The notes beneath the pieces are model-generated. The model ran no database searches, was not told where the DNA came from, and saw only the letters and a list, made by a program, of their open reading frames with translations. Both the position numbers and the translations under genes were made by a program. 64,000 nucleotides of DNA, from assembly GCF_053078305.1 (NCBI RefSeq), contig NZ_CP166879.1. The stretch is one strand, 5' to 3'. Below are positions 1 through 18,537 of this stretch, piece by piece; the stretch's first letter is position 1; each line of letters begins with the position of its first letter.

Positions 1-244
1 AATAAGAACGAAGATTAAATTATCCAGAGATTACTGTTGCGTCTGTGGTCGTAACAACATCCGACGTGGTGATGTGTGTCAAATGAGACATTCTGATGAT
101 CATAAGGTTTATCGCGTATACGGATCGTGGATGGCAGAAAACTTTCAGAATCAGGTTTCCATTTTAAACCAGAAATTGAGTGAGTTTGCCCCATCCATGC
201 CCCACGCGGTGAGATCGGATGTAATTAACAACAGGTTACAAAAC

Positions 245-559
245 CTACACCTGCATGCTCATCACTTCCTGATACGCCGCCACCAGCTTATTACGCACCT
301 GAATCCCCATTTGCATAGAAACTGAGGCTTTTTGCATATCGGTCATCACATCGTTTAACGCCACGCCGGGTTCACCGAGAGTGAATTTTTCTGCCTGCGT
401 GCGGGCGGCTGTTTGTGTATCGCTTATGCGATCGAGCGCGGCGTGCAGCTGCCCGGCAAAACTAATGGTCGGTTGCGGCAGTGATTCCTGCGCACGCGCA
501 CTCATCGCCGTAGCCTGTAACTGGCTGATAACCCCTTCAATCCCCTGTATCGCTGACAT
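245..559 (-). CDS. fliE: flagellar hook-basal body complex protein FliE
   Basis: ORF 245..589 minus; internal Met gives a 104-aa product [15 protein letters not shown]..., recognised as FliE; divergent from fliF. Confidence 0.93.
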   Translation of the reverse strand: MSAIQGIEGVISQLQATAMSARAQESLPQPTISFAGQLHAALDRISDTQTAARTQAEKFTLGEPGVALNDVMTDMQKASVSMQMGIQVRNKLVAAYQEVMSMQV

Positions 560-773
560 TTTCATCTCCTGGATAATTTCTGGTAGCAAAGCCTACCAGT
601 AAGTCAATAAGACAAAGGCGCTAAATAGCAACAAAAAAACGGGTTTATTGGCGGATAGAAAAAAACGAAAGCACAAATAATGGGAGCGTCAATTTTTCGA
701 GTTTGCTGACCCGGGAGTGAGTCTTGTTCCACTTTGCCAATAACGCCGTCCATAATCAGCCACGAGGTGCGCG
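560..773. promoter_or_regulatory. divergent fliE / fliF promoter region (flagellar class 2, FlhDC-dependent in K-12)
   Basis: Intergenic region between divergently oriented fliE and fliF starts; promoter elements not individually mapped. Confidence 0.5.
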
Positions 774-4098
<3,325 letters not shown>

Positions 4099-4099
<1 letters not shown>

Positions 4100-5472
4100 T
4101 GACCACGCGCCTGACTCGCTGGCTAACCACGCTGGATAACTTTGAAGCCAAAATGGCGCAGTTGCCTGCGGTACGTCGCTACGGGCGATTAACTCGCGCT
4201 ACCGGGCTGGTGCTGGAAGCCACCGGATTACAATTGCCGCTCGGCGCAACCTGTGTCATTGAGCGCCAGAACGGCAGCGAAACGCACGAAGTAGAAAGCG
4301 AAGTCGTTGGCTTTAACGGTCAACGGCTGTTTTTAATGCCGCTGGAGGAAGTCGAAGGTGTCCTGCCCGGCGCGCGTGTTTATGCCAAAAACATTTCGGC
4401 AGAAGGGCTGCAAAGCGGCAAGCAGTTGCCGCTCGGTCCGGCGTTATTAGGTCGCGTTCTGGACGGCAGCGGTAAACCGCTCGATGGCCTGCCCTCCCCC
4501 GATACGACGGAAACCGGTGCGCTGATTACCCCGCCATTTAACCCGTTGCAACGTACACCGATTGAACATGTGCTGGACACCGGCGTGCGCCCAATCAATG
4601 CCCTGCTTACCGTTGGGCGTGGGCAGCGTATGGGGCTGTTTGCCGGGTCCGGCGTTGGTAAAAGTGTGCTGCTGGGGATGATGGCACGTTACACCCGCGC
4701 CGATGTCATTGTCGTGGGTTTGATTGGTGAACGTGGGCGCGAAGTAAAAGATTTTATTGAGAATATCCTCGGTGCCGAAGGGCGTGCACGATCAGTGGTG
4801 ATTGCCGCTCCGGCGGATGTGTCTCCGCTCCTGCGAATGCAAGGTGCCGCCTATGCCACGCGCATTGCCGAAGATTTTCGCGATCGTGGTCAGCATGTGT
4901 TGCTGATTATGGACTCCCTCACCCGCTACGCGATGGCCCAGCGTGAAATTGCGCTGGCGATTGGCGAACCACCCGCCACCAAAGGTTATCCACCGTCGGT
5001 GTTTGCCAAATTACCGGCACTGGTCGAGCGTGCCGGAAATGGCATTAGCGGCGGCGGCTCGATTACCGCGTTTTATACCGTGCTTACTGAAGGCGATGAC
5101 CAGCAGGACCCCATTGCAGACTCCGCGCGGGCGATCCTCGACGGTCACATTGTGCTGTCTCGCCGACTGGCGGAAGCCGGGCACTATCCGGCTATCGATA
5201 TTGAAGCGTCGATCAGCCGCGCAATGACGGCGTTGATCAGCGAGCAACATTACGCGCGAGTGCGCACCTTCAAACAGCTGTTGTCGAGTTTTCAGCGTAA
5301 CCGCGATCTGGTTAGCGTCGGCGCGTATGCCAAAGGCAGCGATCCGATGCTCGACAAAGCCATCGCCCTGTGGCCGCAGCTGGAGGGCTATTTGCAACAA
5401 GGCATTTTTGAACGCGCGGACTGGGAAGCGTCTCTCCAGGGGCTGGAGCGTATTTTCCCGACAGTGTCATAA
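4099..5472 (+). CDS. fliI: flagellum-specific ATP synthase FliI
   Basis: 457-aa ORF with Walker A GSGVGKS; recognised FliI. Confidence 0.95.
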
Positions 5473-5490
5473 CCCAGGAGATAACGGCAG

Positions 5491-5934
5491 ATGACAGAAC
5501 ATGGCGCGCTGGCGACCCTGAAAGATCTGGCAGAAAAAGAGGTAGAGGATGCCGCGCGCCTGCTGGGTGAAATGCGTCGCGGATGTCAGCAGGCGGAAGA
5601 ACAGCTCAAAATGCTGATCGATTATCAGAATGAATATCGCAATAACCTCAACAGCGATATGAGTGCCGGGATGACCAGCAACCGCTGGATCAACTATCAG
5701 CAGTTTATCCAGACGCTGGAAAAAGCCATTACTCAGCATCGCCAGCAACTTAATCAGTGGACGCAGAAAGTTGACATTGCCCTGAACAGCTGGCGAGAAA
5801 AGAAACAACGTTTGCAGGCCTGGCAGACACTGCAGGAACGGCAATCCACGGCGGCACTGCTTGCAGAAAACCGCCTCGATCAGAAAAAGATGGATGAGTT
5901 CGCCCAGCGCGCCGCCATGAGGAAACCTGAATGA
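5491..5934 (+). CDS. fliJ: flagellar export chaperone FliJ
   Basis: 147-aa [28 protein letters not shown]...; operon position. Confidence 0.93.
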   Translation: MTEHGALATLKDLAEKEVEDAARLLGEMRRGCQQAEEQLKMLIDYQNEYRNNLNSDMSAGMTSNRWINYQQFIQTLEKAITQHRQQLNQWTQKVDIALNSWREKKQRLQAWQTLQERQSTAALLAENRLDQKKMDEFAQRAAMRKPE

Positions 5935-7058
5935 TTCGCATAGCGCCCTTGATTACCGCTGACGTTGATAACACCACATTGTCTGGCGGCAAAGCCAGCG
6001 ATGCTGCACAAGATTTTCTCGCGTTGTTGAGCGAAGCATTAACAGGCGAGGCAACAACCGACAAAGCGACTCCCCAGTTGCTGGTGGCAACAGATAAGCC
6101 CACGACAAAAGGCGATCCGCTGGTCAGCGATATTGTTTCCGACGCGCAACAAGCGGATTTACTGATCCCTGTGGATGAAACACCGCCTGTCATCAACGAC
6201 GAACAATCCACATCGACACCGTTAACCACCGCTCAGACGATAACGTTGGCTGCGGCGGCTGACAACAATACGGCAAAAGACGAAAAAGCGGATGATCTGA
6301 ATGAAGACGTCACCGCCAGCCTGAGTGCCCTTTTTGCGATGTTGCCGGGTTTTGACAATACGCCCAAAGTGACTGATGCACCGTCAACCGTGTTACCGAC
6401 AGAGAAACCAACGCTTTTCACAAAACTGACTTCTGCGCAACTCACAACAGCACAGCCTGATGACGCCCCCGGCACGCCAGCTCAGCCATTAACACCGCTG
6501 ATAGCAGAAGCCCAGAGTAAAGCGGAAGTCATCAGCACGCCTTCGTCGGTGACCGCTGCCGCCAGCCCGCTAATCACTCCACACCAGACACAGCCACTGC
6601 CCACCGCCGCCGCGCCTGTTTTGAGTGCACCGCTGGGTTCTCACGAATGGCAACAATCATTAAGCCAGCATATTTCGCTGTTTACCCGCCAGGGGCAACA
6701 AAGTGCAGAGTTGCGTCTGCACCCGCAGGATTTAGGTGAAGTGCAAATCTCCCTCAAAGTGGATGATAACCAGGCGCAAATCCAGATGGTTTCACCGCAT
6801 CAACACGTACGCGCCGCCCTGGAAGCAGCGCTGCCGGTACTGCGTACGCAGCTGGCCGAAAGTGGCATTCAGTTAGGGCAAAGCAACATCAGTGGCGAAA
6901 GCTTTAGTGGTCAGCAGCAGGCCGCATCCCAGCAACAGCAAAGTCAACGCACAGCAAACCATGAACCTCTGGCGGGGGAAGACGACGATACGCTTCCGGT
7001 TCCCGTCTCTTTACAAGGGCGTGTAACAGGCAACAGCGGCGTTGATATTTTCGCCTAA
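5931..7058 (+). CDS. fliK: flagellar hook-length control protein FliK
   Basis: 375-aa Pro/Thr/Ala-rich [19 protein letters not shown]...; operon position. Confidence 0.93.
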   Translation: MIRIAPLITADVDNTTLSGGKASDAAQDFLALLSEALTGEATTDKATPQLLVATDKPTTKGDPLVSDIVSDAQQADLLIPVDETPPVINDEQSTSTPLTTAQTITLAAAADNNTAKDEKADDLNEDVTASLSALFAMLPGFDNTPKVTDAPSTVLPTEKPTLFTKLTSAQLTTAQPDDAPGTPAQPLTPLIAEAQSKAEVISTPSSVTAAASPLITPHQTQPLPTAAAPVLSAPLGSHEWQQSLSQHISLFTRQGQQSAELRLHPQDLGEVQISLKVDDNQAQIQMVSPHQHVRAALEAALPVLRTQLAESGIQLGQSNISGESFSGQQQAASQQQQSQRTANHEPLAGEDDDTLPVPVSLQGRVTGNSGVDIFA

Positions 7059-7162
7059 CGTCAGAGGTAGCACCGTAATCCGCGTCTTTTCCCCGCTTTG
7101 TTGCGCTCAAGACGCAGGATAATTAGCCGATAAGCAGTAGCGACACAGGAAGACCGCAACAC

Positions 7163-7627
7163 ATGACTGATTACGCGATAAGCAAGAAAAGCAAGCGATC
7201 GCTTTGGATCCCGATTCTGGTATTCATTACCCTCGCGGCCTGTGCCAGCGCAGGTTACAGCTACTGGCATTCGCATCAGGTTGCCGCTGACGACAAAGCG
7301 CAGCAACGCGTCGTGCCCTCACCGGTCTTCTATGCGCTGGATACCTTCACGGTCAATTTGGGCGATGCGGATCGCGTGCTTTATATCGGCATAACCCTGC
7401 GCCTGAAAGATGAAGCTACCCGCTCGCGGCTGAGTGAGTATTTGCCGGAAGTCCGTAGCCGTTTGCTGTTACTGTTTTCGCGTCAGGATGCTGCCGTACT
7501 GGCGACAGAAGAAGGCAAGAAAAACCTGATTGCCGAGATTAAAACCACACTTTCCACCCCGCTTGTTGCCGGGCAACCGAAACAGGATGTCACCGACGTG
7601 CTGTATACCGCTTTTATTCTGCGATAA
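7163..7627 (+). CDS. fliL: flagellar basal-body-associated protein FliL
   Basis: 154-aa [29 protein letters not shown]... with one TM segment; first gene of fliLMNOPQR. Confidence 0.93.
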   Translation: MTDYAISKKSKRSLWIPILVFITLAACASAGYSYWHSHQVAADDKAQQRVVPSPVFYALDTFTVNLGDADRVLYIGITLRLKDEATRSRLSEYLPEVRSRLLLLFSRQDAAVLATEEGKKNLIAEIKTTLSTPLVAGQPKQDVTDVLYTAFILR

Positions 7628-7631
7628 CGAC

Positions 7632-8636
7632 ATGGGCGATAGTATTCTTTCTCAAGCTGAAATTGATGCGCTGTTGAATGGCGACAGCGAAGTCAAAGAC
7701 GAACCGACAGCCAGTGTTAGCGGCGAAAGTGACATTCGTCCGTACGATCCGAATACCCAACGACGGGTTGTGCGCGAACGTTTGCAGGCGCTGGAAATCA
7801 TTAATGAGCGCTTTGCCCGCCATTTTCGTATGGGGCTGTTCAACCTGCTGCGTCGTAGCCCGGATATAACCGTCGGGGCCATCCGCATTCAGCCGTACCA
7901 TGAATTTGCCCGCAACCTGCCGGTGCCGACCAACCTGAACCTTATCCATCTGAAACCGCTGCGCGGCACTGGGCTGGTGGTGTTCTCACCGAGTCTGGTG
8001 TTTATCGCCGTGGATAACCTGTTTGGCGGCGATGGACGCTTCCCGACCAAAGTGGAAGGTCGCGAGTTTACCCATACCGAACAGCGCGTCATCAACCGCA
8101 TGTTGAAACTGGCGCTTGAAGGCTATAGCGACGCATGGAAGGCGATTAATCCGCTGGAAGTTGAGTACGTGCGTTCGGAAATGCAGGTGAAATTTACCAA
8201 TATCACCACCTCGCCGAACGACATTGTGGTTAACACGCCGTTCCATGTGGAGATTGGCAACCTGACCGGCGAATTTAATATCTGCCTGCCATTCAGCATG
8301 ATCGAGCCGCTACGGGAATTGTTGGTTAACCCGCCGCTGGAAAACTCGCGTAATGAAGATCAGAACTGGCGCGATAACCTGGTGCGCCAGGTGCAGCATT
8401 CACAGCTGGAGCTGGTCGCCAACTTTGCCGATATTTCGCTACGCCTGTCGCAGATTTTAAAACTGAACCCCGGCGACGTCCTGCCGATAGAAAAACCCGA
8501 TCGCATCATCGCCCATGTTGACGGCGTCCCGGTGCTGACCAGTCAGTATGGCACCCTCAACGGTCAGTATGCGTTACGGATAGAACATTTGATTAACCCG
8601 ATTTTAAATTCTCTGAACGAGGAACAGCCCAAATGA
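7632..8636 (+). CDS. fliM: flagellar motor switch protein FliM
   Basis: ORF 7530..8636; start at MGDSILSQAEIDALL gives 334 aa. Confidence 0.92.
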   Translation: MGDSILSQAEIDALLNGDSEVKDEPTASVSGESDIRPYDPNTQRRVVRERLQALEIINERFARHFRMGLFNLLRRSPDITVGAIRIQPYHEFARNLPVPTNLNLIHLKPLRGTGLVVFSPSLVFIAVDNLFGGDGRFPTKVEGREFTHTEQRVINRMLKLALEGYSDAWKAINPLEVEYVRSEMQVKFTNITTSPNDIVVNTPFHVEIGNLTGEFNICLPFSMIEPLRELLVNPPLENSRNEDQNWRDNLVRQVQHSQLELVANFADISLRLSQILKLNPGDVLPIEKPDRIIAHVDGVPVLTSQYGTLNGQYALRIEHLINPILNSLNEEQPK

Positions 8637-9046
8637 GTGACATGAATAATCCGGCCGATGACAACAACGGCGCAATGGACGATCTGTGGGCTGAAGCGTT
8701 GAGCGAACAAAAATCAACCAGCAGCAAAAGCGCTGCCGACGCGGTGTTCCAGCAATTTGGCGGTGGTGATGTCAGCGGAACGTTGCAGGATATCGACCTG
8801 ATAATGGATATTCCGGTCAAGCTGACCGTCGAGCTGGGCCGTACGCGGATGACCATCAAAGAGCTGTTGCGTCTGACGCAAGGGTCCGTCGTGGCGCTGG
8901 ACGGTCTGGCGGGCGAACCACTGGATATTCTGATCAACGGTTATTTAATCGCCCAGGGCGAAGTGGTGGTCGTTGCCGATAAATATGGCGTGCGGATCAC
9001 CGATATCATTACTCCGTCTGAGCGAATGCGCCGCCTGAGCCGTTAG
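8633..9046 (+). CDS. fliN: flagellar motor switch protein FliN
   Basis: 137-aa ORF MSDMNNPADDNNGAMDDLWAEAL... Confidence 0.93.
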   Translation: MSDMNNPADDNNGAMDDLWAEALSEQKSTSSKSAADAVFQQFGGGDVSGTLQDIDLIMDIPVKLTVELGRTRMTIKELLRLTQGSVVALDGLAGEPLDILINGYLIAQGEVVVVADKYGVRITDIITPSERMRRLSR

Positions 9047-9414
9047 TGATGAATAACCACGCTACTGTGCAATCTTCCGCGCCGGTTTCTGCTGCGCCAC
9101 TGCTGCAGGTGAGCGGCGCACTCATCGCCATTATTGCCCTGATCCTCGCTGCTGCCTGGCTGGTAAAACGGTTGGGATTTGCCCCTAAGCGCACAGGCGT
9201 TAACGGTCTGAAAATTAGCGCCAGTGCTTCACTGGGCGCGCGTGAACGGGTTGTGGTGGTCGATGTGGAAGATGCACGGCTGGTGCTCGGCGTTACCGCA
9301 GGTCAAATCAATCTGCTGCATAAACTTCCCCCTTCTGCACCAACGGAAGAGATACCGCAGACCGATTTTCAGTCGGTCATGAAAAATTTGCTTAAGCGTA
9401 GCGGGAGATCCTGA
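9046..9414 (+). CDS. fliO: flagellar biosynthesis protein FliO
   Basis: 122-aa ORF with one TM helix; start may be 1 codon downstream. Confidence 0.88.
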   Translation: MMNNHATVQSSAPVSAAPLLQVSGALIAIIALILAAAWLVKRLGFAPKRTGVNGLKISASASLGARERVVVVDVEDARLVLGVTAGQINLLHKLPPSAPTEEIPQTDFQSVMKNLLKRSGRS

Positions 9415-10151
9415 TGCGTCGTTTATTGTCTGTCGCACCTGTCCTTCTCTGGCTGATTACGCCCCTCGCCTTCGCGCAACTGCCGGGTATCACCAGCCAG
9501 CCGCTGCCTGGCGGTGGACAAAGCTGGTCGCTCCCGGTGCAGACGCTGGTGTTCATCACCTCGTTGACGTTTATTCCGGCAATTTTACTGATGATGACCA
9601 GTTTCACCCGCATCATCATTGTTTTTGGTTTATTGCGTAACGCGCTGGGAACGCCCTCCGCGCCACCTAACCAGGTATTGCTGGGGCTGGCACTGTTTTT
9701 GACCTTTTTTATTATGTCGCCAGTGATCGACAAAATTTATGTCGATGCGTACCAGCCATTCAGCGAAGAGAAAATATCAATGCAGGAGGCGCTGGAAAAA
9801 GGGGCGCAGCCGCTGCGTGAGTTTATGCTGCGTCAGACCCGTGAGGCAGATTTAGGGTTGTTTGCCAGACTGGCGAATACCGGCCCGTTGCAGGGACCTG
9901 AAGCCGTGCCGATGCGCATTTTGCTCCCGGCCTACGTGACCAGCGAGTTGAAAACCGCATTTCAGATAGGCTTCACGATTTTCATCCCTTTTTTGATTAT
10001 CGACCTGGTGATTGCCAGCGTGTTGATGGCATTGGGGATGATGATGGTCCCCCCCGCCACCATTGCTCTGCCCTTTAAACTGATGCTGTTTGTACTGGTG
10101 GATGGTTGGCAATTGCTGGTCGGTTCGCTGGCGCAGAGCTTTTACAGCTAG
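9414..10151 (+). CDS. fliP: flagellar export apparatus protein FliP
   Basis: 245-aa polytopic membrane [82 protein letters not shown]. Confidence 0.95.
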   Translation: MRRLLSVAPVLLWLITPLAFAQLPGITSQPLPGGGQSWSLPVQTLVFITSLTFIPAILLMMTSFTRIIIVFGLLRNALGTPSAPPNQVLLGLALFLTFFIMSPVIDKIYVDAYQPFSEEKISMQEALEKGAQPLREFMLRQTREADLGLFARLANTGPLQGPEAVPMRILLPAYVTSELKTAFQIGFTIFIPFLIIDLVIASVLMALGMMMVPPATIALPFKLMLFVLVDGWQLLVGSLAQSFYS

Positions 10152-10160
10152 AGAGGCAAA

Positions 10161-10430
10161 ATGACACCTGAATCGGTCATGATGATGGGGACTGAAGCGA
10201 TGAAAGTCGCGCTGGCACTGGCTGCCCCGCTGTTGCTGGTGGCGCTGGTCACGGGCCTTATCATCAGTATTTTGCAGGCCGCCACGCAGATTAACGAAAT
10301 GACGCTGTCGTTTATTCCAAAAATCATCGCCGTATTTATTGCCATTATTATTGCCGGACCGTGGATGCTCAATCTGTTGCTGGATTACGTCCGCACCTTG
10401 TTCACTAACCTGCCGTATATCATCGGGTAG
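10161..10430 (+). CDS. fliQ: flagellar export apparatus protein FliQ
   Basis: 89-aa membrane [28 protein letters not shown]... Confidence 0.95.
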   Translation: MTPESVMMMGTEAMKVALALAAPLLLVALVTGLIISILQAATQINEMTLSFIPKIIAVFIAIIIAGPWMLNLLLDYVRTLFTNLPYIIG

Positions 10431-10437
10431 CCGTACT

Positions 10438-11223
10438 ATGTTGCAGGTGACAAGCGAACAATGGCTATCCTGGTTAAGCCTGTACTTCTGGCCGTTACTG
10501 CGCGTGCTGGCGCTGATCTCCACCGCGCCGATTCTGAGCGAACGCAGCGTACCGAAACGGGTAAAACTGGGTCTGGCAATGATGATCACGTTCGCCATTG
10601 CCCCATCATTACCTGCCAACAATGTTCCTGTTTTTTCGTTCTTTGCTCTGTGGCTGGCCGTGCAGCAGATCCTGATCGGCATTGCGCTTGGTTTCACCAT
10701 GCAATTTGCCTTTGCCGCTGTGCGAACCGCTGGCGAAATTATCGGTCTGCAAATGGGGCTGTCATTTGCGACATTTGTCGATCCGGCCAGCCATCTTAAT
10801 ATGCCCGTTTTAGCGCGTATCATGGATATGCTGGCGTTACTGCTGTTCCTGACATTTAACGGTCATTTATGGTTGATTTCACTGCTGGTCGATACCTTTC
10901 ACACCCTGCCGATTGGTGGCGAACCGTTGAACAGCAATGCGTTTCTGGCACTCACCAAAGCAGGGAGTTTGATTTTCCTTAACGGGCTGATGCTGGCGTT
11001 ACCTCTCATTACTCTGCTGCTGACCCTGAATCTGGCATTAGGTTTACTGAATCGTATGGCCCCGCAATTATCCATTTTTGTTATTGGATTTCCATTAACT
11101 CTGACTGTCGGCATCTCTTTAATGGCGGCATTAATGCCGTTAATTGCGCCTTTTTGCGAACATTTATTCAGTGAGATTTTTAATTTGCTGGCTGATATTA
11201 TTAGTGAATTGCCATTAATATAA
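10438..11223 (+). CDS. fliR: flagellar export apparatus protein FliR
   Basis: ORF 10339..11223; start at [21 protein letters not shown] gives 261 aa. Confidence 0.92.
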   Translation: MLQVTSEQWLSWLSLYFWPLLRVLALISTAPILSERSVPKRVKLGLAMMITFAIAPSLPANNVPVFSFFALWLAVQQILIGIALGFTMQFAFAAVRTAGEIIGLQMGLSFATFVDPASHLNMPVLARIMDMLALLLFLTFNGHLWLISLLVDTFHTLPIGGEPLNSNAFLALTKAGSLIFLNGLMLALPLITLLLTLNLALGLLNRMAPQLSIFVIGFPLTLTVGISLMAALMPLIAPFCEHLFSEIFNLLADIISELPLI

Positions 11224-11512
11224 TTCCGTAACGTTTATCATGTTATCCTAAGGATTATCCGAAAAATAATACCTGCGAACATCTTCCAGGATACTCCTGC
11301 GGCGAAATATTTGTTTTAAGCTCACTCACATATCGCAACATTTACTTTACTTTAAGACAATTCCAGGCAAATTATACAACACTTTACGGGATAGTAAGTC
11401 CGCCTGAAAAATCGCGAGAGTGGCGCATTAGGTGACCCATGTTGTTCCGTTTAGTCATGATGAAATATTCAGGTAAGGGGAATTATCGTTACGCATTGAG
11501 TGAGGGTATGCC

Positions 11513-12136
11513 ATGTCAACGATTATTATGGATTTATGTAGTTACACCCGACTAGGTTTAACCGGGTATCTGTTGAGTAGAGGGGTTAAAAAAAGAGAAA
11601 TCAACGACATTGAAACCGTTGATGACCTTGCCATAGCTTGTGATTCACAGCGCCCTTCAGTGGTGTTTATTAATGAGGACTGTTTCATCCATGATGCTTC
11701 TAACAGTCAGCGCATCAAGCACATCATTAATCAACATCCCAATACGTTATTTATCGTTTTTATGGCAATTGCCAATGTTCATTTTGATGAATATCTATTG
11801 GTCAGAAAAAATTTATTGATAAGTTCTAAATCGATTAAACCGGAATCTCTCGACGATATCCTTGGCGATATTCTGAAAAAAGAGACAACGATAACCTCGT
11901 TTTTAAATATGCCGACGTTATCATTGAGCCGAACCGAATCGAGTATGTTGCGAATGTGGATGGCAGGTCAGGGAACCATTCAAATCTCTGACCAAATGAA
12001 TATCAAAGCCAAGACCGTTTCATCGCATAAAGGTAATATTAAACGTAAGATCAAAACGCATAATAAACAGGTTATCTACCATGTCGTCCGACTGACGGAT
12101 AATGTGACTAATGGTATTTTTGTCAACATGCGCTAA
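11513..12136 (+). CDS. rcsA: capsule synthesis co-regulator RcsA (LuxR-type HTH)
   Basis: 207-aa [51 protein letters not shown]...; long AT-rich upstream region; canonical rcsA-dsrB-yodD-dsrA context. Confidence 0.95.
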   Translation: MSTIIMDLCSYTRLGLTGYLLSRGVKKREINDIETVDDLAIACDSQRPSVVFINEDCFIHDASNSQRIKHIINQHPNTLFIVFMAIANVHFDEYLLVRKNLLISSKSIKPESLDDILGDILKKETTITSFLNMPTLSLSRTESSMLRMWMAGQGTIQISDQMNIKAKTVSSHKGNIKRKIKTHNKQVIYHVVRLTDNVTNGIFVNMR

Positions 12137-12179
12137 CACATTCTGACTGGTGGTTTCCCACCAGTCAGGCTGAATAAGA

Positions 12180-12458
<279 letters not shown>

Positions 12459-12530
12459 CTATACTTAAGAGATGCCAGGCGGACTTAACGACTGGCGGCA
12501 ACAACAGAGTAACGGTTGCGAGGAAAGATG

Positions 12531-12758
12531 ATGAAAACCGCAAAAGAGTACAGCGATACCGCAAAACGTGAGGTCAGCGTCGATGTCGATGCCCTGCTGG
12601 CGGCGATCAATGAAATTAGCGAAAGCGAAGTTCATCGCAGCCAGAATGATTCTGAACACGTTAGCGTCGATGGACGTGAATATCATACATGGCGTGAATT
12701 GGCGGATGCCTTCGAACTGGATATTCATGACTTCAGCGTCTCTGAAGTGAATCGTTGA
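12531..12758 (+). CDS. yodD: stress-induced small protein YodD
   Basis: ORF 12516..12758; start at MKTAKEYSDTAKREVSV gives 75 aa. Confidence 0.85.
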   Translation: MKTAKEYSDTAKREVSVDVDALLAAINEISESEVHRSQNDSEHVSVDGREYHTWRELADAFELDIHDFSVSEVNR

Positions 12759-12771
12759 ATGCACAATAAAA

Positions 12772-12858
12772 AAATCCCGACCCTGAGGGGGTCGGGATGA
12801 AACTTGCTTAAGCAAGAAGCACTTAAAAAATTCGTTACACCAGGAAATCTGATGTGTT
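12772..12858 (-). ncRNA. dsrA: DsrA small regulatory RNA (Hfq-dependent; known to activate rpoS and repress hns translation)
   Basis: Minus strand reads AACACATCAGATTTCCTGGTGTAACGAATTTTTTAAGTGCTTCTTGCTTAAGCAAGTTTCATCCCGACCCCCTCAGGGTCGGGATTT, matching DsrA from memory, with terminal hairpin and U-tract. Confidence 0.88.
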
Positions 12859-13038
12859 CATCACCTTATCCGCAATTTTTTTCGCTGACAAGAAAATATT
12901 CGCTATATGAATGATTAACGCTACTTATGAATAGAAATGTGACGCACGTCACCCCTTGGTGGCTCTGGCGTCAGCGGGATCGCTCCCGAAAAAAATCATC
13001 TTTGATAATTTGTGCTGTTTTGAGAATCATCCTGGTAA

Positions 13039-15563
<2,525 letters not shown>

Positions 15564-15639
15564 CCTGACGACTCCCAACCTGCTTTTTTATGATTCTGGC
15601 ATAACCTGGCGATAGCGTACCGCAAAACAGCGATAATTT

Positions 15640-15790
15640 TATAATGGTGGCATGATAAGACGCGACAGACATCGATAGTTTTGTTTTATAACGTAGGCAT
15701 GATAAGACGCGATAGCGTCGCATCAGGCAATTCAGTGCAGACACTGGCACACCCGACCGGATGCGACGTGAGCGCCACATCCGGCCTGGT
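15640..15790. repeat. REP/BIME-type palindromic repeats
   Basis: Repeated GC-rich palindromes (ggcatgataagacgcgatagcgtcgcatcaggc, ccggatgcgacgtgagcgccacatccggcc) between dgcQ and yodC. Confidence 0.6.
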
Positions 15791-15805
15791 GTTAATGATT
15801 CCCTT

Positions 15806-15988
15806 TCAAACTTCTTCCACAGGACGACTCCCCTCCCCCGGAACAAGCTCGGTTTCATGAAAAGCTTCCCGCTTGACCCCGTAACCGTCATACCAACGAC
15901 ACTCAACCATACCGTTGGAGTATCCAGTGACAATCATCCGCGGGCCGCCCTCTTTAACCGTAACTTCCTCACTAACCATAAAGCTCAT
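15806..15988 (-). CDS. yodC: small protein YodC
   Basis: 60-aa ORF MSFMVSEEVTVKEGGPRMIVTGYSNGMVECRWYDGYGVKREAFHETELVPGEG... Confidence 0.85.
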   Translation of the reverse strand: MSFMVSEEVTVKEGGPRMIVTGYSNGMVECRWYDGYGVKREAFHETELVPGEGSRPVEEV

Positions 15989-16066
15989 ACTCGCCTCCTT
16001 TTTTCGAGTGAAACTTGTTCACCTTAGTTGAAGATGGCGAATTTTGCATAATAGCCTGTGCGAGTA

Positions 16067-16984
16067 TTAATGTGCCTGACCGCGCATTTTCGCTACGGCT
16101 TTCACTCCCAGCACCACGATGCCGCCGATGATAAATCCAAGAATCAGATTTAAAACAGTCGGTAATATCATCGCCACCACTGCACTTTGCTGCCCGGCGA
16201 AATGTTCAATGGCGTGATGCAGCGGCGCAATACCATGTACCACAATCCCGCCGCCGACGAGGAACATCGCCAGCGTGCCGACAATCGATAACGCTTTCAT
16301 CAGCCAGGGCGCGATAATCAATAATCCTTTACCTAATGCCTGCATCAGCGCGCTGGATTTTTCCGCCAGCCAATACCCCAGGTCATCAATCTTAACGATA
16401 ACCCCTACCAGACCGTAGACGCCCACGGTCACTACCAGCGCGATGCCTGAAAGCACCAGCACCTGATTAAGCAACGGCGCTTCGGCCACAATCCCCAGCG
16501 TGATGGCGACGATTTCGGCAGACAATATAAAATCGGTACGAATCGCCCCTTTTATTTTGTCCTTTTCAAACTTCAGCGGATCCTGCGCCGCCAGCTTCTC
16601 CAGACGCTGCTGACTCTGCGCCGGATCTTCTTTATGTTTACGCGCCTCCAGCATATGCAGCACTTTCTCTACCCCTTCAAAGCAGAGAAACGCGCCACCA
16701 ATCATCAACAGAGGCGTAATCGCCCACGGGATAAACGCACTGATGATCAGCGCCAGTGGCACCAGAATCACTTTATTGATCAGCGATCCTTTCGCCACGC
16801 CCCAGACCACGGGAAGTTCCCGGTTTGCCCGCACGCCTGAAACTTGTTGCGCATTGAGCGATAAGTCATCCCCTAATACACCGGCGGTTTTCTTCGCCGC
16901 CAGTTTGCCCATCACGGAGATATCGTCCAGCAGTGTGGCGATATCATCGAGCAACGTCAGTAAACTACTCCCGGCCAAAAGCAT
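16067..16984 (-). CDS. yedI: DUF808 inner membrane protein YedI
   Basis: 305-aa polytopic membrane [50 protein letters not shown]... Confidence 0.9.
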   Translation of the reverse strand: MLLAGSSLLTLLDDIATLLDDISVMGKLAAKKTAGVLGDDLSLNAQQVSGVRANRELPVVWGVAKGSLINKVILVPLALIISAFIPWAITPLLMIGGAFLCFEGVEKVLHMLEARKHKEDPAQSQQRLEKLAAQDPLKFEKDKIKGAIRTDFILSAEIVAITLGIVAEAPLLNQVLVLSGIALVVTVGVYGLVGVIVKIDDLGYWLAEKSSALMQALGKGLLIIAPWLMKALSIVGTLAMFLVGGGIVVHGIAPLHHAIEHFAGQQSAVVAMILPTVLNLILGFIIGGIVVLGVKAVAKMRGQAH

Positions 16985-17157
16985 TCCCTCTCATTTTTAT
17001 TGTTGAAGGGTGTAAGTATGAAGCAAAAACGGCAGCTCTGATACTTGCTTCACAGGTCAACATTTTTTTTAACAATCAAGTGCAATTATATCTCTCGCCA
17101 GCAGAATGATTTTCACGTTTACTATGAACCACCTTTTTATTTCCACCGTGAGGGATT

Positions 17158-18078
17158 ATGCGTTTCCGCCAGTTATTACCGCTTTTTGGCGCGCTGTTTG
17201 CGTTGTATATCATTTGGGGCTCAACCTATTTTGTCATTCGGATTGGCGTGGAAAGCTGGCCTCCATTAATGATGGCGGGCGTTCGATTCCTGGCAGCCGG
17301 TATTTTATTGCTGGCATTTTTGCTACTGCGCGGACACAAGCTCCCCCCGCTACGTCCGCTGCTCAATGCCGCGCTGATTGGCCTGTTATTGCTGGCTGTC
17401 GGTAATGGCATGGTGACGGTTGCCGAACATCAAAATGTTCCTTCCGGCATCGCCGCCGTAGTGGTTGCAACCGTGCCCCTCTTTACCCTGTGCTTCAGCC
17501 GCCTGTTTGGCATTAAAACGCGCAAACTGGAATGGGTGGGTATTGCCATTGGGCTTGCCGGAATCATCATGCTCAATAGCGGTGGAAATTTAAGCGGCAA
17601 TCCGTGGGGCGCGATTCTGATTTTAATCGGCTCGATTAGCTGGGCGTTTGGCTCAGTTTATGGCTCGCGCATTACCTTACCTGTAGGGATGATGGCGGGT
17701 GCGATTGAGATGCTGGCGGCAGGCGTGGTGTTAATGATCGCGTCGATGATTGCGGGTGAAAAACTGACGGCGCTCCCTTCCCTTTCAGGCTTCCTTGCGG
17801 TCGGCTATCTGGCGCTGTTTGGTTCGATTATCGCCATTAACGCTTATATGTATTTAATCCGCAACGTCAGTCCGGCTCTCGCCACCAGCTACGCCTACGT
17901 TAACCCGGTGGTCGCGGTCTTGCTGGGTACGGGACTGGGTGGAGAAACACTGTCGAAGATTGAATGGCTGGCGCTCGGCGTAATTGTCTTCGCGGTGGTA
18001 CTGGTCACGTTGGGAAAATATCTCTTTCCGGCAAAACCCGTAGTTGCGCCAGTTATTCAGGACGCATCAAGCGAGTAA
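17158..18078 (+). CDS. yedA: EamA/DMT-family transporter YedA
   Basis: 306-aa ORF with about 10 TM helices. Confidence 0.9.
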   Translation: MRFRQLLPLFGALFALYIIWGSTYFVIRIGVESWPPLMMAGVRFLAAGILLLAFLLLRGHKLPPLRPLLNAALIGLLLLAVGNGMVTVAEHQNVPSGIAAVVVATVPLFTLCFSRLFGIKTRKLEWVGIAIGLAGIIMLNSGGNLSGNPWGAILILIGSISWAFGSVYGSRITLPVGMMAGAIEMLAAGVVLMIASMIAGEKLTALPSLSGFLAVGYLALFGSIIAINAYMYLIRNVSPALATSYAYVNPVVAVLLGTGLGGETLSKIEWLALGVIVFAVVLVTLGKYLFPAKPVVAPVIQDASSE

Positions 18079-18537
18079 ATGTATCCCCTGCGTGTCGATC
18101 TGCGCGCTGGCACCTTCGCCGCAGATCCACTCTTCCAGACGCTCGCTAAGCGCTTCATCCGTCAGCTTCTCGCGCCCACGTAACGCGCACTCCCAGACAA
18201 TCAATACGCGCCAGCCGAGTTCCTGCAAGCGACTGATATCGCGGCGATCGCGCTCAACATTTTTACCTATCTTCTCCAGCCAGAACTCGGTTCGAGTCGC
18301 AGGCACTTTAAACAGATAGCAGTGATGATGATGCCAGAAGCAGCCATGGGTAAATATCACGCAGCGATATTCATCAACGACAAAATCCGGGCGTCCGGGC
18401 AGACTGGAGTCCTGAACGCGAAACGCCAGGCCCTGCCCGGTTAACAGACTGGCGAGGCGCTTCTCAATCGCCGTATCACGCGTGGCAATCGCGCGCATAT
18501 TTTTGCTGCGAGTGGCCTTATCGTGAACGTCGGCCAT
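18067..18537 (-). CDS. vsr: very-short-patch repair endonuclease Vsr
   Basis: ORF 18067..18699; start at [32 protein letters not shown] gives 156 aa; overlaps the 3' end of dcm as in K-12. Confidence 0.92.
   Translation of the reverse strand: MADVHDKATRSKNMRAIATRDTAIEKRLASLLTGQGLAFRVQDSSLPGRPDFVVDEYRCVIFTHGCFWHHHHCYLFKVPATRTEFWLEKIGKNVERDRRDISRLQELGWRVLIVWECALRGREKLTDEALSERLEEWICGEGASAQIDTQGIHLLA

Noticed and set aside
74-325. 83-aa plus-strand ORF at the window start
   Set aside because: Overlaps the 3' end of fliE on the opposite strand with no recognisable family; the region upstream of fliE is known to carry gene remnants in K-12.
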